A stretch of 62,614 nucleotides of DNA, counting the filler, from Streblomastix strix (Eukaryota): assembly GCA_008636045.1 (NCBI GenBank). It is 2 parts of 2 records of this genome, joined end to end, with 100 filler letters (N's around TTAATTAATTAA, not from the genome) between each part and the next. Parts side by side here need not be neighbours in the genome. Positions count along the whole stretch, not along the records: positions 31,399 to 62,614 come from SNRW01000084.1; 1 more part is not named here. One strand, written 5' to 3'. Below the pieces are notes generated by a model that searched no databases, was not told the origin of the DNA, and saw only the letters and a list, made by a program, of their open reading frames with translations. Each line of letters opens with the position of its first letter. The first letter of the stretch is position 1. Positions 31,488 to 47,571 of the stretch are shown here, in pieces. A program made the translations under genes and the position numbers.

Positions 31488-31686
31488 ATTCATGCCACGC
31501 AAGCCCAGCAAGTGCATTAGATGAATTTATTGAAATTATTTTATCTTCACTCATCATTGCGATTTTTAAACTCATGACTAAATCAGTCAAAATGTCTTTA
31601 TGCACTGGCGATGCTTTGAACAACCAGCCAAGCCCATATGCAGCAACAATTTTATTCTTTATTGAGATATAGTTTATTCTACACAA
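31488..31686 (-). pseudogene. Exon fragment of an ARM-like family gene abutting the DIRS element
   Basis: KIVAAYGLGWLFKA...NSSNALAGLAWHE|gtatga aligns with AICIGFVLK...RALTFLALND of the 13021-16530 gene and has a phase-1 intron at the same position. Confidence 0.55.
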
Positions 31687-31717
31687 GCTTATAATATCAA
31701 GACATTAATAATTTATA

Positions 31718-31851
31718 TCGGGAAAGTGCCGACTCACTTCATATATTTTGGAAGAATGCCCAGTCATTATTCTAATTTCTGGAAAATGCCAGGACACTTT
31801 ATATATAATTAAACATATACATTCATTGCATATACTTTGGGAAAATGCCCA
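31718..31851 (-). repeat. Array of about 30-bp units, each with a 4-bp stem and a conserved CATTTT-like loop, at the DIRS 3' end
   Basis: Minus-strand units TGGG-CATTTT-CCCA (31838-51), CTGG-CATTTT-CCAG (31779-92), TGGG-CATTCT-TCCA (31749-62) and TCGG-CACTTTC-CCGA (31718-32). Confidence 0.75.
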
Positions 31852-31884
31852 GATATTATATGTAATGCAATCCTCTTATTATTA

Positions 31885-32360
31885 AACAATAGTTAACCCA
31901 AATCGCTTTATACCTGCCGAAGATAAAATGTGTCTACTACTGTTGACGTTAATATATGTCTAGAAAAGGCATTAACCTCAGTAACTGATGCTCAAAAGGA
32001 TCTGAATTTTGTCATTGATTCGTGTCTGAATAACAAACCAATAATGTCGTTATTAATAGCAATTTATCATGTTATAAAGAAAATATTGTATATCTAATGC
32101 ATTTAAATAGCATTTGAATATCTCATTTCACATCATGTCTCGTATTGTAGTTAGTATTCAAGTTAAGACACCAGGACGTTCTGTAGGAAGTATATCAATT
32201 GTAATGTTATTTTATTTCATGTATTCTGCCATCAATGTAAGTCCTGTTCTTCGTTTTCTCCAAGTTTCCAAATTCGAGCTTCTAGTTAGTTATTAGATTG
32301 ATTATTAACCGAGTCCATCTCTTTCTGCCAAATATCTATACACTTACTCTACTGCTGCAT
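31885..32360 (-). pseudogene. Tyrosine recombinase remnant, internally deleted
   Basis: C-terminal catalytic block FRHESMTKFRSF*ASVTEVNAFSRHILTSTVVDTFY at about 31920-32030. The N-terminal stretch WRKRRTGLTLMAEYMKQNNI lies directly upstream, so the middle is missing. Confidence 0.7.
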
Positions 32361-32379
32361 TCCTAATCGCAAGGTCCCA

Positions 32380-34180
32380 GATTCATTTCATTCATCATTG
32401 TAGGAAAAACTGCTCTGTACTTCTCTTCGCACCATTGAGACATTAAAATTAGAGCATTTGATGGTTTTCTTTTCAGTTTTTCAATACTATTGTTATTAAC
32501 TCGATCGGTAGATGAACTAAAAGTTAGTTTATTTGACCAACTAGTGCTGAATGCTCCTTTTTTCCTACTGCGTGTCGATCCATTTACAGCGAGCAGTATC
32601 TTTGACATAGTTTATAAGTTCGAGTCGCTAAGAGATTTATTTCTGGATAAAAGTATATTTGATTCATTAATTGTATTAGTATCTGCGGGTTGATGTCGTA
32701 ATTCTCTCTCCAGACAAGGCGACTCAATGAGTCTGCATCCTTGTTCTCCAGTCCAGGGTTGTGAATAGTCTGTTTTTGGATTTGTAATGTTGACAATATT
32801 TGTGAAATTGCTCGTACAAAGTACATTATCGCTGGTGACGCCCTCCATTTTCACAGAGAATATTCTACTGTCTTATTGTCTGTTTGGAGAGTCAATGCTT
32901 CCACTTGCTCCTCCATAAGATTATCCTAAAAGCTCCTCAAAGCTAGCAGGACTGCAGCCGTCACGCGTCAATTGCTATTATTCAAGTGTCATCTTACTTT
33001 CAATTGACCTGCATCCATCAGATTCCATCGAGCAGATTATAAGGTTGCTCCTACCCGATATCCGCTACATCTATTGTCAACAATGCAGTCGAGCTAATGT
33101 CGTTGATAATCTTTGGGTTATTTTCTTTGAATTTATGAAGCAATGAGTACAGATTTCCCAGGTTCCTCTTGTTCAACTTGACTAAATAGTTACATCCTCC
33201 TTTCTTTATTGCCTATGCTAACAGATGATTCAGAGATTTGAGGATCAGAGAAGCTTCGACGAATTGAAATTTGAGGAAATTAAGGGCTCCGATTAAAGAT
33301 GCTGGATCCCTTGCCTTCACTGTTTGGTGATTATGGGCTGTGTTATTCCATTCTAATAATTTCTTCTTCATTTTATGTCTTCGATCTCTCGGCATCTTGA
33401 CCTCCATATTCTGTGTCGACCAATCCCAGCCAAGATAAATGTATACTGTTGATGGGTAGATCCTGTATTTTCTCATTTGAAGTTTCCATTCAAAGCCCTG
33501 GAGAAATTACATTACTTGCAGAGTCATCTCTTTTAGTACTGACTTATCCAAATGCAGAATTATTATATCATCTATATAATTCGAGATTTTAATCTTAACT
33601 CTTCTTCTTATTTACCTCAAGGCGATTATCAAAGTCTTATTGAATGTGAATGGACTATTCATGAGGCCGTAAGGGGTTCATCTATAGCAAAATGTCATCT
33701 CTTTAAATTCGAAACCAAAATTTGGGAGAAGATTAATTGAGACTTTGATGTGATGGTATGATTCTTCCAAATCCAATGTTGTCGCGTAATTTGCTTTCTC
33801 TATTATTTGTTTAATGAACTATGATCCTTTCATCATGAATTTATTCAGTCTTATATAAATATTAGTAATTCTATAGTCGAGAATCTTTCGTTATTTTCCA
33901 TTAGGTTTTGCGATTAAAAATGTTGGATTGAATACTCTCACATTGTTATTTCTAATCACTACTCCATATTACATTTCCTTTTCAAAATATTTCTAATAAT
34001 CTATCATTTCAACTGCTGTTCCATGAAATTCTTTATATGTCCGAATTTACTCTAATTCTTGTATAGGCTCTATTGAAAACCAGTTGAGTGTAGCCCCCAG
34101 TTTTTATGAAACTACATCCATTAATTCGCTTCCAGTTTTTAATATTCAATGTCAATCTTTCCGGAACCATCACGCCACTC
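32380..34180 (-). pseudogene. DIRS pol remnant: reverse transcriptase, RNase H and methyltransferase-like domain
   Basis: RT: FNPTFLIAKPNGKQRKILD, TTLDLEESYHHI, R*TPYGLMNSP, NYIDDII (33567-33578), YLGWDW. RNaseH: LQTDNKTV...PGLENKDADSLSRL. MT-like: NLLATR...YCS...AFSTSW...VHLPIELI. Confidence 0.88.
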
Positions 34181-34879
34181 AGGCTACCATCTTCCCTTAA
34201 CAGTGGAGACTAGTTTTTGATATTGTGATGAGTACTCTTTTCTTGACTTGAGATTTAATCATTAGGAGTCTTCTTCTCCTTCACTAAATTTTGCATTATC
34301 TTCAGACTTCATTATTCCATCTTTCAACTCCTCTTTTCCTCATCCTTATTTTGGAGAAGGGACTTAGATGATCTGGTTCTACTGTGCCATGAGCTACTGT
34401 TATTAATGCACAGGAACAGGAATACATGGAATAAATTGTGATGAAAACTGAAAGTTAGAAATTGGAAGTTAAGATTACAATGGTCCCCATACTCCGTTAT
34501 GGTAGCTGTTAGAACTAGTTCTGATGAAATGACAGTTGATACTAATGTGGAAACTTCTATTCTTTGAAAGGCAGGTTATAATCAGCGCTAAAATCATACA
34601 TATTCCTTTTAAAAGGTCCTCTACGAAACCAGGAAGGTTGATTTTGATATTATGCAAACTGCACTTAATTCTGTTAGAACTATGCTCGTTATTATTATCG
34701 CGGATTCGTTTATCTTGATTGGTTAGCAAAACTGTTAGGAAACTGGAATTGAGGTATAACCGTTGGAGCTGGAGTTGAAAGTGTGCTATACTCAGGTTGA
34801 CCTTGATTCTATGAGTTAGGAGTAACTGCAACTTCCTTTTACTGCATGAACTTTACTATTTAAGGAAGCTCTTTTAACT

Positions 34880-35550
34880 ATTCTTTTGATTCCTTACTCA
34901 GAACACTAAAGCATCGCCGTCCTTCGCAAGAAGTCCTTTAAATTCCTTTCCAACAAGTGTCATCTCTCTTCTTCGTTAGGCTTCGCCCGTGATCATTCTA
35001 GCTGCATGATGACAAGTCAAAAAGAATCTCTAGATTGCTACGAAGTCTCCTTAAATTAGTGCAGCAGAACCCGATACACATGCGAACTAGATAAGTACTG
35101 CCAATTGCGCAGTTTCGATCTCTTCTGAAGTGTCATCTACACCCATGCTTTGTTTCACACCGACACGATTCAATTCCAGCCCAATAATTTCTTTCTATCT
35201 CGCAAGCAAAGCATTCACTTTCTGCTCTGTGGCGCGTTCTCCCGTTGGATCAAGTTATTCGGCGTTCTTGCGGTAGTCGGTCTCATTTATCATCGTTTAT
35301 GCTTCGAGCTGCTACTTCAAGGCTCTAACTTATTTAGAATTAGACTGTTTTCCCAAGAGACTGTGCATCCAAGGCGAAACAGCGTTTTCAACATTTGCAT
35401 CGCATAGTTCATCAGTCATACGCTCTTGCGAAATTTCGTTGTTGCCACGCTCTTTCTCATGCCTTGGTGACTTAATGTTTGAATTTATACTGAGATTTTG
35501 AAAAGTCTATTTCGGTTTTGTTCGATCCGAACCAAAACTAAAGTCATTGT
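34880..35550 (-). pseudogene. DIRS gag-like ORF remnant
   Basis: More than 200 codons open only under table 6 (…AALIQGDFVAIQRFFLTCHHAARMITGEAQRRREMTLVGKEFKGLL), directly upstream of pol. Confidence 0.6.
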
Positions 35551-36859
35551 ATTCCAATAAATAATTGAGGTCGAATAAAACGGCCTGCGTAGTCAAAACC
35601 CCAGAAGTACGGTTGGGTTTTCAAACAGATGAATACGATCAATCGGTATAACATTCGTTAAAAGCACTTTACATTTATCTGAAAAAACAGATAATTTGGT
35701 ATCAGAAGATATTAGTGATAGGATTAGGTAAAAAAATTTAAGAAATTCACGATGAAAAAGTTTAGAATTACTATGATATGCATGACTAAAAAAATTCATT
35801 TAATGAAATAAAAGAAAATACGACAGGTCTTGGAGAATTTGAAGAAATTAGCAAATAATAAATGGAAGAAATAAAAGAAGAAGTTATGGATGAAATTGAA
35901 AATGAAGAAATAAGTGCAGATGAAGAAATGAATAATTTGTAGCAGAATTGAAAAGAAACGTGTTTAGAGAGATATTGAAGTATTATTATATAATTATTAA
36001 TGTCTTTAATAGAATATATACGTTTATTATTTCATTAGTTATAATTAATATTAATATTAATATTATAGAATGTAGTAAGTGGGGCTTAAGGAAGTTGTTC
36101 AATCATATATTTTTAGATCGAATCCATTTCCTTCGAATATTGCGCTTGATATTCGCAAAAAGTATCTTTGTTTCAAAGTAAAGGATTGAAAAATGCATAA
36201 ATCATGGTAAAATAATATATAAACCTTTCCCCTAACTATTAAATCTAGCATTTCTATAAACATATAAGAGTGTCTTAAATATTTTTAAGCAATACTTTTT
36301 TTTTATTTTTTATTTTTTTTTGACATTATCACAAATTTTATATCATTTTAATACATCTCATATTCTTTCCTTCAATTAGTATCTTACTTCTGCCTTTTTA
36401 TTTAATTCTCATAAATATAAAATAATATTTCCAATTATCTTCATCATATAAAATAAATGTTCAACGATATAAATACAGCCTAATTGCTTTATATCAAAAC
36501 TTTTGATTGATTATTATGATTTTTGTATTATTAATGAAAAATAGATATAGACTTTAAATTAATTTAGTAAATTATTATTGAAGTATTAAATAAGGATATA
36601 TTCAAAGTGAAAATTAAAAAGCACTCAAAAAATAATAAAAGCTCTCTTGTTCATCTGCATTAAATAATATTAAATTTATAATAACATATTATAATAATTT
36701 ATGACACTAAAGTAAAGAATCAGAAATAAAGTGTTTTTCATATTCTTATAAAATAAATTTCATCTATCTAATTTATCTTCTTTTTTATATTGTTTAATTC
36801 TTCATTCAAATTATGGATCATTCAATTTATTTTAAATTCATCATTCAAAAATTATTTAT

Positions 36860-40815
<3,956 letters not shown>

Positions 40816-41489
40816 GATGTGAATAATCTGTTTGATCTAAGGATAAAATATAATAAAACGATTAATTATAAAAACTGAAGTAAAAAAATAAGAAAAAATA
40901 ATGAAAAATTTTATTTAAACTTTTGGCTTATAAATAAATTAACTATTATTTCAAATAAATTTATGTAGATAAATACATACATAATTTATTCAAAATGTAG
41001 AAAAAAATTATTATTTATTAATATTGAGCGAATAAAGTAGAAAATAAATTAATATGAATTAAAAAAGTGAATAAAACTATACATGATAAGAATTTCTAAA
41101 AAATATTTGAGAAAAAAAATAAATATTTTTTCCTTTAAAAAAATTTAAAATTCTAGAAAAAAATAACATAAATATTGGAAAAAAATATCAATTAAATTTT
41201 ATATGCATTTATTTCGCTATTTAAAGAATATAACTTTTGTTTAATACATGTAAATGAAACGATAAAAGATTGCTTAGATGAATTTGAAAATATAAAAAAG
41301 AATTACTTTAAAAAAACTCGGGAAATGTTGAAAGTAATATTTTTTAAAATATTTGAGCTTCTTATTGTTATAATTTTATTTCTAACTTATATTTTAGAAA
41401 TTAAATTAAAATACAAATGTTTTAATACAAACAAAAAGTAATATTCTTTAAATTAAATTCGGTTTCTAAGAAATTGCCAGATTCTAGAC

Positions 41490-43080
41490 ATGGCGGATAG
41501 CATAACATCAAATAGTTATGTTAAAGTGAACGGCGATGACGATAACGAACCGCCTAAAGTATAAACAAGTGCAGAAGTTTGCTATTGATATTATTAATTC
41601 TGTATTTTTTAAATATCGCTTTTTTTCACTGTCTTTTAATTTACTCTGTAAATTTATTAGTTAATTTCATCATTAATTTAAAATGCTTTTCCTCATGGGA
41701 ATGAATCTAGCTCTAGCAAGTCGTAGACCTTGGGAAACGAAGCGATCAAAGAATAACTCAGCAACCTCCTAACAAACCCATTCTCAAACATTTCAAAAGA
41801 TATTCTAGACCCTTTACTATTGTATGTGCGAAAAGAACTAGGAAAAGCTGAAGATGAAGGAAATCTGACTCATAATCTGCGAGGACTTGGAAAACTTCTA
41901 AAGAATCTTAAATTCCGATTTGCTTTCATCGATGGCAAAGGACTAGAGTTAATTGCACCACTTTTAGTTACCAAACATTCAAGTCTTCAAGTTGTATATG
42001 AATGTCTATTCTGTTTATGGCTTTGCTCATTCACAGCTCAGGATGTTGATCATGACCGACTTGAAGAAAAAGAACAAGTTCGACGCCACGAACGCAAAGC
42101 AGGATGGACTCCCGCCGAAAAAGAACACGATCAGCAAGTAATTGATAAACGTCGAAAGAAAGCAAGCGCACTATTACAACCAGAACTTTAAATTATGGGA
42201 AGTATCGTCGCTGTATTAAAACAACACACAAAAGACAAAATAATTCGAGTTGCACTTTCGATACTGCACAACTTACTAAGCCAACCTGGAAGCCAACGGC
42301 TTACTGGACAGAAACTGATCGAATCTGGCTGTGTGAAAGCTCTTCACATATTGATCGCAAAACAATGGCGAGACGATGAATTAAAAAATGATCTTAATTG
42401 GGTTGCAGATGCTTTATAGAAATAAGAGGATGGTATGTGCTCTCTAGATGCATATATCATTGAGATCGATTCGGGTGTATTAACATGGTCACCACCGCAT
42501 ACAACTGACAGGTTTTGGAGAGAGAACTGCATTAAATTCGAAAATGAGAATTTTAAGCTTGTTAGATAATTGACAACTATTGTTGAGAATAGTAAAGCTG
42601 GAGTTGGAATTGGGAATGGTGTTACTCCACTTACTCTGGCAGTTGCATTGAGAGATATTGGAAACTTCGCTGTGTTTCATCCACGGGGGAGAAGGTGTAA
42701 AATAAATGAATTAATAAATGTTTAACTTTTTCAAAAAAAAATATTTATTTTCATATATATTATATTATTTATTTATTTTAATTATTTATTCCCCCAGCAT
42801 CCTCGAAAAATACCGCGCAAAAGCCGTCGTCCTCGACGTCCTCAGCCACGAAGACCCCGAAGTTCAAAAAGAGGCTCTTTTATGCATCCAAAAACTACTC
42901 ACCTCCAAATGGGGCGTTTTGCATCAGTTAGATTCGGGTCAATAACATGGAGCTGGTTTTGGCGGTTAGAGAAGTGGTGGTACTTCTGGTTAGTAATAAG
43001 GTCATGGTGGATCTGGAATTAGTGGGTCAAGTGCGTCGAGTGCGATAAAGAATCCATTAGCGGCGGATATGCCAACGTGA
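41490..43080 (+). CDS. ATP6V1H: V-type proton ATPase subunit H (5' end uncertain)
   Basis: LQVVYECLFCLWLCSF, KDKIIRVALSILHNLL, KQWRDDEL, SGVLTWSPPHTTDRFWREN..KFENENF, LAVALRDIG and HEDPEVQKEALLCIQKLL. TAA/TAG in frame; TGA 43078-43080. Confidence 0.95.
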
Positions 43081-43527
43081 TTGATTGTGGAATTTGAATG
43101 AAAACTGGAATGATTTTTGAAATGAAAATAGCAACAATAACTGATATAATGATAATAGTTTATTTGGTACCTTTGTTATTATTAATATGTATTTCACACT
43201 CACACTTATTACACTTCCGATCTTATGTAAACAAAACAATACAATAGATTTATATCATTATTACTCATAAATATACTTAAAAACTCTGTTTTTTTATTGT
43301 TAAATAGATGTTTGTTTTAAGGTTGATTTTAAAATTAAATACAACACTCAGTATGAAATGGTATACCAGTGATGGACAAAATATCAATTGAAGCATTAAA
43401 ATCACTGTTTTCTACCAATTTCATCACTATGTTGATATGAATTCATTTCAAATATTCATTTCAATCATTAATTTATTCATTTTCATTCAATTTCATTTAA
43501 TTCCCTTCCAAATTCCCAATCTTAATT

Positions 43528-46017
43528 TCATTTCCGCTTCTGTTCATCTTTCTTCCTCTAAATTTCTTTCTATTCTTTTTCCTCTATTTCTTTCATCAAT
43601 TTTCGCATATCTGATCTTTTCTGGACCAAAGATGCATCACCTTTCCAATTGAGTGCTTTTAAGCGATCACGTAATGGAGGGTGGTTGTCGTAGAAAAAGG
43701 AATATCTGAAATGAGTGATTATTTGATGAGAATGAAAATATATAATGAAATATATTTATAAAATATGAATGAAAATAAAAAAAGTGAATAAAAACATAAA
43801 TATATCTAAATAATTAACATACAGTGGGTCTGGATTTAAGTCTTTCAAGTTCTGTTGGAAAAGGATAACAAGCGCAGTTCCAAGATCTTATCTATATTAG
43901 TTGTATATAAAAAATAAATGAATATAATTTTTTATTGAAGAATCAAACAATAAATAAATATATAATATTTACTTTCAACACAAAAAAAAATAATTGCAAT
44001 ATTTATATATTAATTAAATTTATATATATTAAATAAAAAAAAATCATTTCATTTAAAATATATATATAATATAATACACACCCATTATTCTTCGCATATT
44101 CATCAGCCACTACTTCGAAATGTCTTGTAACCCATGCCCATAGTGGAGACATGAATTATCCCAATGGAATGGCTATACCCATGATACCTAGAAGTACTGC
44201 AAGAATCTGATTAGATGGGATGGATATTAATTAATATAAGTGAATCAATAAATGATTGATATTGATATTAAATAGAAATATAATATAGATTAGAAATATA
44301 ATAATAATCTTTATAATAATATATCAATATAACATTAATATATATAATATCTAATCACTACATGCATAATATCGCAAACCTATCTATATTCCTTATCCGT
44401 ATTACCATCCTTATCTACAAATCCATATATATAAGGGAATATTGGAGATTTAGCAAAGACTGAGAACAACCAGAAGAAGAACAATACTTGAGACAGGATG
44501 GAAATTAGGAGCTGGTAGATGTCTGTATATAAGTAATATGTATATGTGTGAATGAAAAGGAATATGGGGAAAAGAATGATTAATTAATAAAGTATATATA
44601 AATGTGTATATATAAATAAATGGAAAATGTATATATTAATGTATAAATATATATAATAGTATATAATTATTGGGTTCATGTATATATAAAATAAAATAAT
44701 ATAATATAATAAATAAAATTATCCAATAATAATAATTATAATTATTATAATTCCTATTTCATACGTCTATGTTTCTGATGCCCAATCTCATGCGCCAGAA
44801 CAGCGCATATATTATCCACTGAAATAACAGCAGGTCTTCTTTCAGGTTCTTTTTACTCAATAATTTCAACAATTTCTTCTTTATTCTCTTTTTAATTCTC
44901 ATTTTATTGATCAAATAGTGGTTTTTATTATTCTCCATCATTATTATCTTATTTCTTATTTTAATCCAATTATTTCGTTTCAATCTTCTCCTAAAATTTA
45001 TTATCTTTAGCTTTCGTATCAATTCCAGCTAATGTCAGAAGTGAATCAAAGAGGATAATCCTCCTAACTCCAAAAGAGTCCATCATCATCGCATTTGAAT
45101 GAGAATCTCTTTTTGATGTGTCCATAACAACAATATTATCTGTTTTAAAACCAAGCTTTTCACAAAATTGGTTTACCTTGTCGAATACGTCAGAGTCTAT
45201 CTATTTCAGAGGTGTGAACTTGTTTACAAAAGGCATTATGAATAATGGATACAGTACTTACATGATTATTGTGAAACCAGTAAAAAATGCAAATCCATAT
45301 AGCCAGTAATAATCTCCACCAAAGTGTTGATCCAGAACCCAAAATAGGCCCAAATACATCGGAATACCCATTACTATGCCCAAGACGAAGTTGAAAATTA
45401 AATCTTTGAAGAATTACGCACCAGAAGTCTTGTTGAACTCAGAATCTTTTGCATGAACAAAAACGTGGTACAAACTGAAAGGAAGTGAAATTACTTCTTC
45501 TAAGAGCGTCTACAATATGAAAAATAATGATGTCTGCCAGAATGGAGCTGCATTGGCGCCGATGTACTTAGTTATGATGTCTCCAGCTATATAATATATT
45601 TTAGGGTAGATTTTGGATAGAATCATGAATATCTGGATTACTAAGCCTATAATGCTGGTTTTCTGGGCGTATGTCCTGTAGATTATGATAATATAATAAA
45701 TGTAAGTTTTAAAAAAATTAGTAAATGAAAGATATTGAATATTTATAAAATTAAATAAAATAAATCAAACTTGTTTTTGACAAGTTGTTCGTTTGTGCTT
45801 TTATATTCTTCGTCGGTCATCACATATTAGACCAAGTCTGGCGTATCTGGATTTTTGTGCTAAGATAAACAATAATGTATAAAAATTATTATTATTTTTA
45901 TATTACAAAAGTAAGAAAATGAAGAAATACTCTTCGAATTTATCGATCATTGATGTAGTAAAATAACACAAATTGCGCTGTTAACAATCCAACTGCAATA
46001 TATGGCCAAGGAAGCAT
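43528..46017 (-). CDS. STE24: CAAX prenyl protease 1 (Ste24/ZMPSTE24, peptidase M48)
   Basis: SLPFSLYHVF...FNKT, IMPFVNKFTPL, VMDTSKRDSHSNA...RIILFDSLL, zinc motif AVLAHEIGH, RHFEVVADEYA and DPL|YSFFYDNHPPLRDRLKAL. TGA 43528-43530. Confidence 0.95.
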
Positions 46018-46488
46018 CTATATAATATGAAAAATAATGTAATAACAATAAATAAATAATATGAAATAAAGAAAGAAATCGCGAAAAGTTAAAAAATCAA
46101 GCTGGTCGATAAACTTAAGTAAAAAATGTTAATATGATATTTAATTAGGTTGATATGATTCACTGATCACGAAATAATAGAGAAAACAAAAAATAAAAAT
46201 CTACACGGAAGTGGGAATGAGCAACGAATTTCAGTAGCCTTTTTCTTAATAGTTTAAAGATAATTTGAATCGGAGTAAATGAAATTGGTCAAAATATTTA
46301 TCTATAATTATGAATTGTAGTATAGTATACGTTAATTTGTGAAATTGAAGTGAATGCAGATGAATCTCCATTATTGATTTATAAAATTTTTCATCATCTT
46401 TAGCATTTATATCTCAATGATTAAAAAGCAATCAAAAAAGTTATAGACTGATTATATATTAAACTCATTGAAATGAATTTGTACAAGT

Positions 46489-47499
46489 TCATGATTAAAA
46501 CTTTACAAATTTTTGCATAATCTTATTAAATGTTGAAACAACAAGATAAAAAGCACCTGCACGAAGCGGTACAATTAAGATAAAGATAGAAAATGAACTA
46601 AATCCATTCAATTACAGAAATCTGATTTAAATTAAAATACAAAATTTAAAAAAATTATATATATTCAAATATTAATATTAATATCTTAAAATATCCAAAA
46701 CCTCTCCAAAATCGCCACAAATACATGCGACAACATCACAAATAGAGTCACATTCTGAATATTCCCCCTTTTAGCTGCTCTTCTGGTAACCAACATCCAA
46801 AGAGCTAATGATAATGAAGTGTAGGTAAGTATTTCAGTGCTGCCGTGTATAGCGTGTATTACTGAGTCGATTTTGAACTCCGGTCTGTTGGCTTCGACAA
46901 AGACTGGGAATAAGCGGACGAAGAGGCAGAAACATAAGGACCAGGCTGAGATATAATAATAATATGTAATATAATATAGAGTATGGATTAATTATTAATA
47001 TAACATAATATACGAATATGAATATAAGTATAGTATATGAATATAGATTACGTATTAATTAGTGAATATGGATTAATTACTAATACAATATATGTGTATA
47101 ATAATAAATATGTGATATAATTATTCATACTCCATCCTGTCGTCCAAACGCGGCTTTCAGTACCAGTACCTTTCTAGATAGCAAATCCGATTCCTGCTTC
47201 GTCCATTACGCTCTCCACAAATGCAGCGAGCCCTTGAGCGAAGTTGAAGCTTTCGTTATCTACAAATTAATCTACTGTGATGCTGAATATCATTTTAATG
47301 AGTGTAGTGGCGACAAATATTAGGAAAGTTTTCAGAAATGCTTTCCATTTGAACATCTCGCGTCTGGAAGAAATGAATAAGGATAATTGAAATAATATTT
47401 ATATAAAAAGTGTATAACAAACATTTTTGATGAATAAATTACAATTATAAGAGGTCCAAGCAGAAGAGCGATGGAGTTTGCACAGGAAATAAGTTGCAT
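46489..47499 (-). CDS. TMEM147: TMEM147 (BOS complex subunit), 4 exons
   Basis: MQLISCANSIALLLGPLIIVIYSSKIREMFKWKAFLKTFLIFVATTLIKMIFSIT...GW|TWSLCFCLFVRLFPVFVEANRPEF...LALWML parallels TMEM147 (N..AL...P; L.KM.F..T; R..P..V.A...EF; WM). TGA 46489-46491. Confidence 0.75.
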
Positions 47500-47571
47500 A
47501 GCTCAACTGAATAAATAAATATAAAAAAAGTAAAATAAAAGTATAAATAATTAAAAATGTATATTAAAAAA

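Larger units (their letters stand above)
31700..35600 (-). mobile_element. Decayed DIRS-like tyrosine-recombinase retrotransposon (gag, RT, RNaseH, MT, YR); ends approximate
   Basis: All DIRS domains are present in canonical order (see sub-features), with in-frame TGAs and frameshifts. Confidence 0.88.

Noticed and set aside
28891..31851. Short periodic repeats as a possible CRISPR array
   Set aside because: The context is eukaryotic, the repeats are coding or lack unique spacers, and no cas genes are present.
35590..36230. SKPQKYGWVFKQM peptide resembling the piggyBac KPxKYG motif, plus nearby acidic coding-like scraps
   Set aside because: Too short and broken to support a call; no TIR or TTAA structure identified.
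44830..45030. K/E-rich insertion in Ste24 before the HExxH motif
   Set aside because: This loop is variable and carries insertions in other Ste24/ZMPSTE24 proteins.
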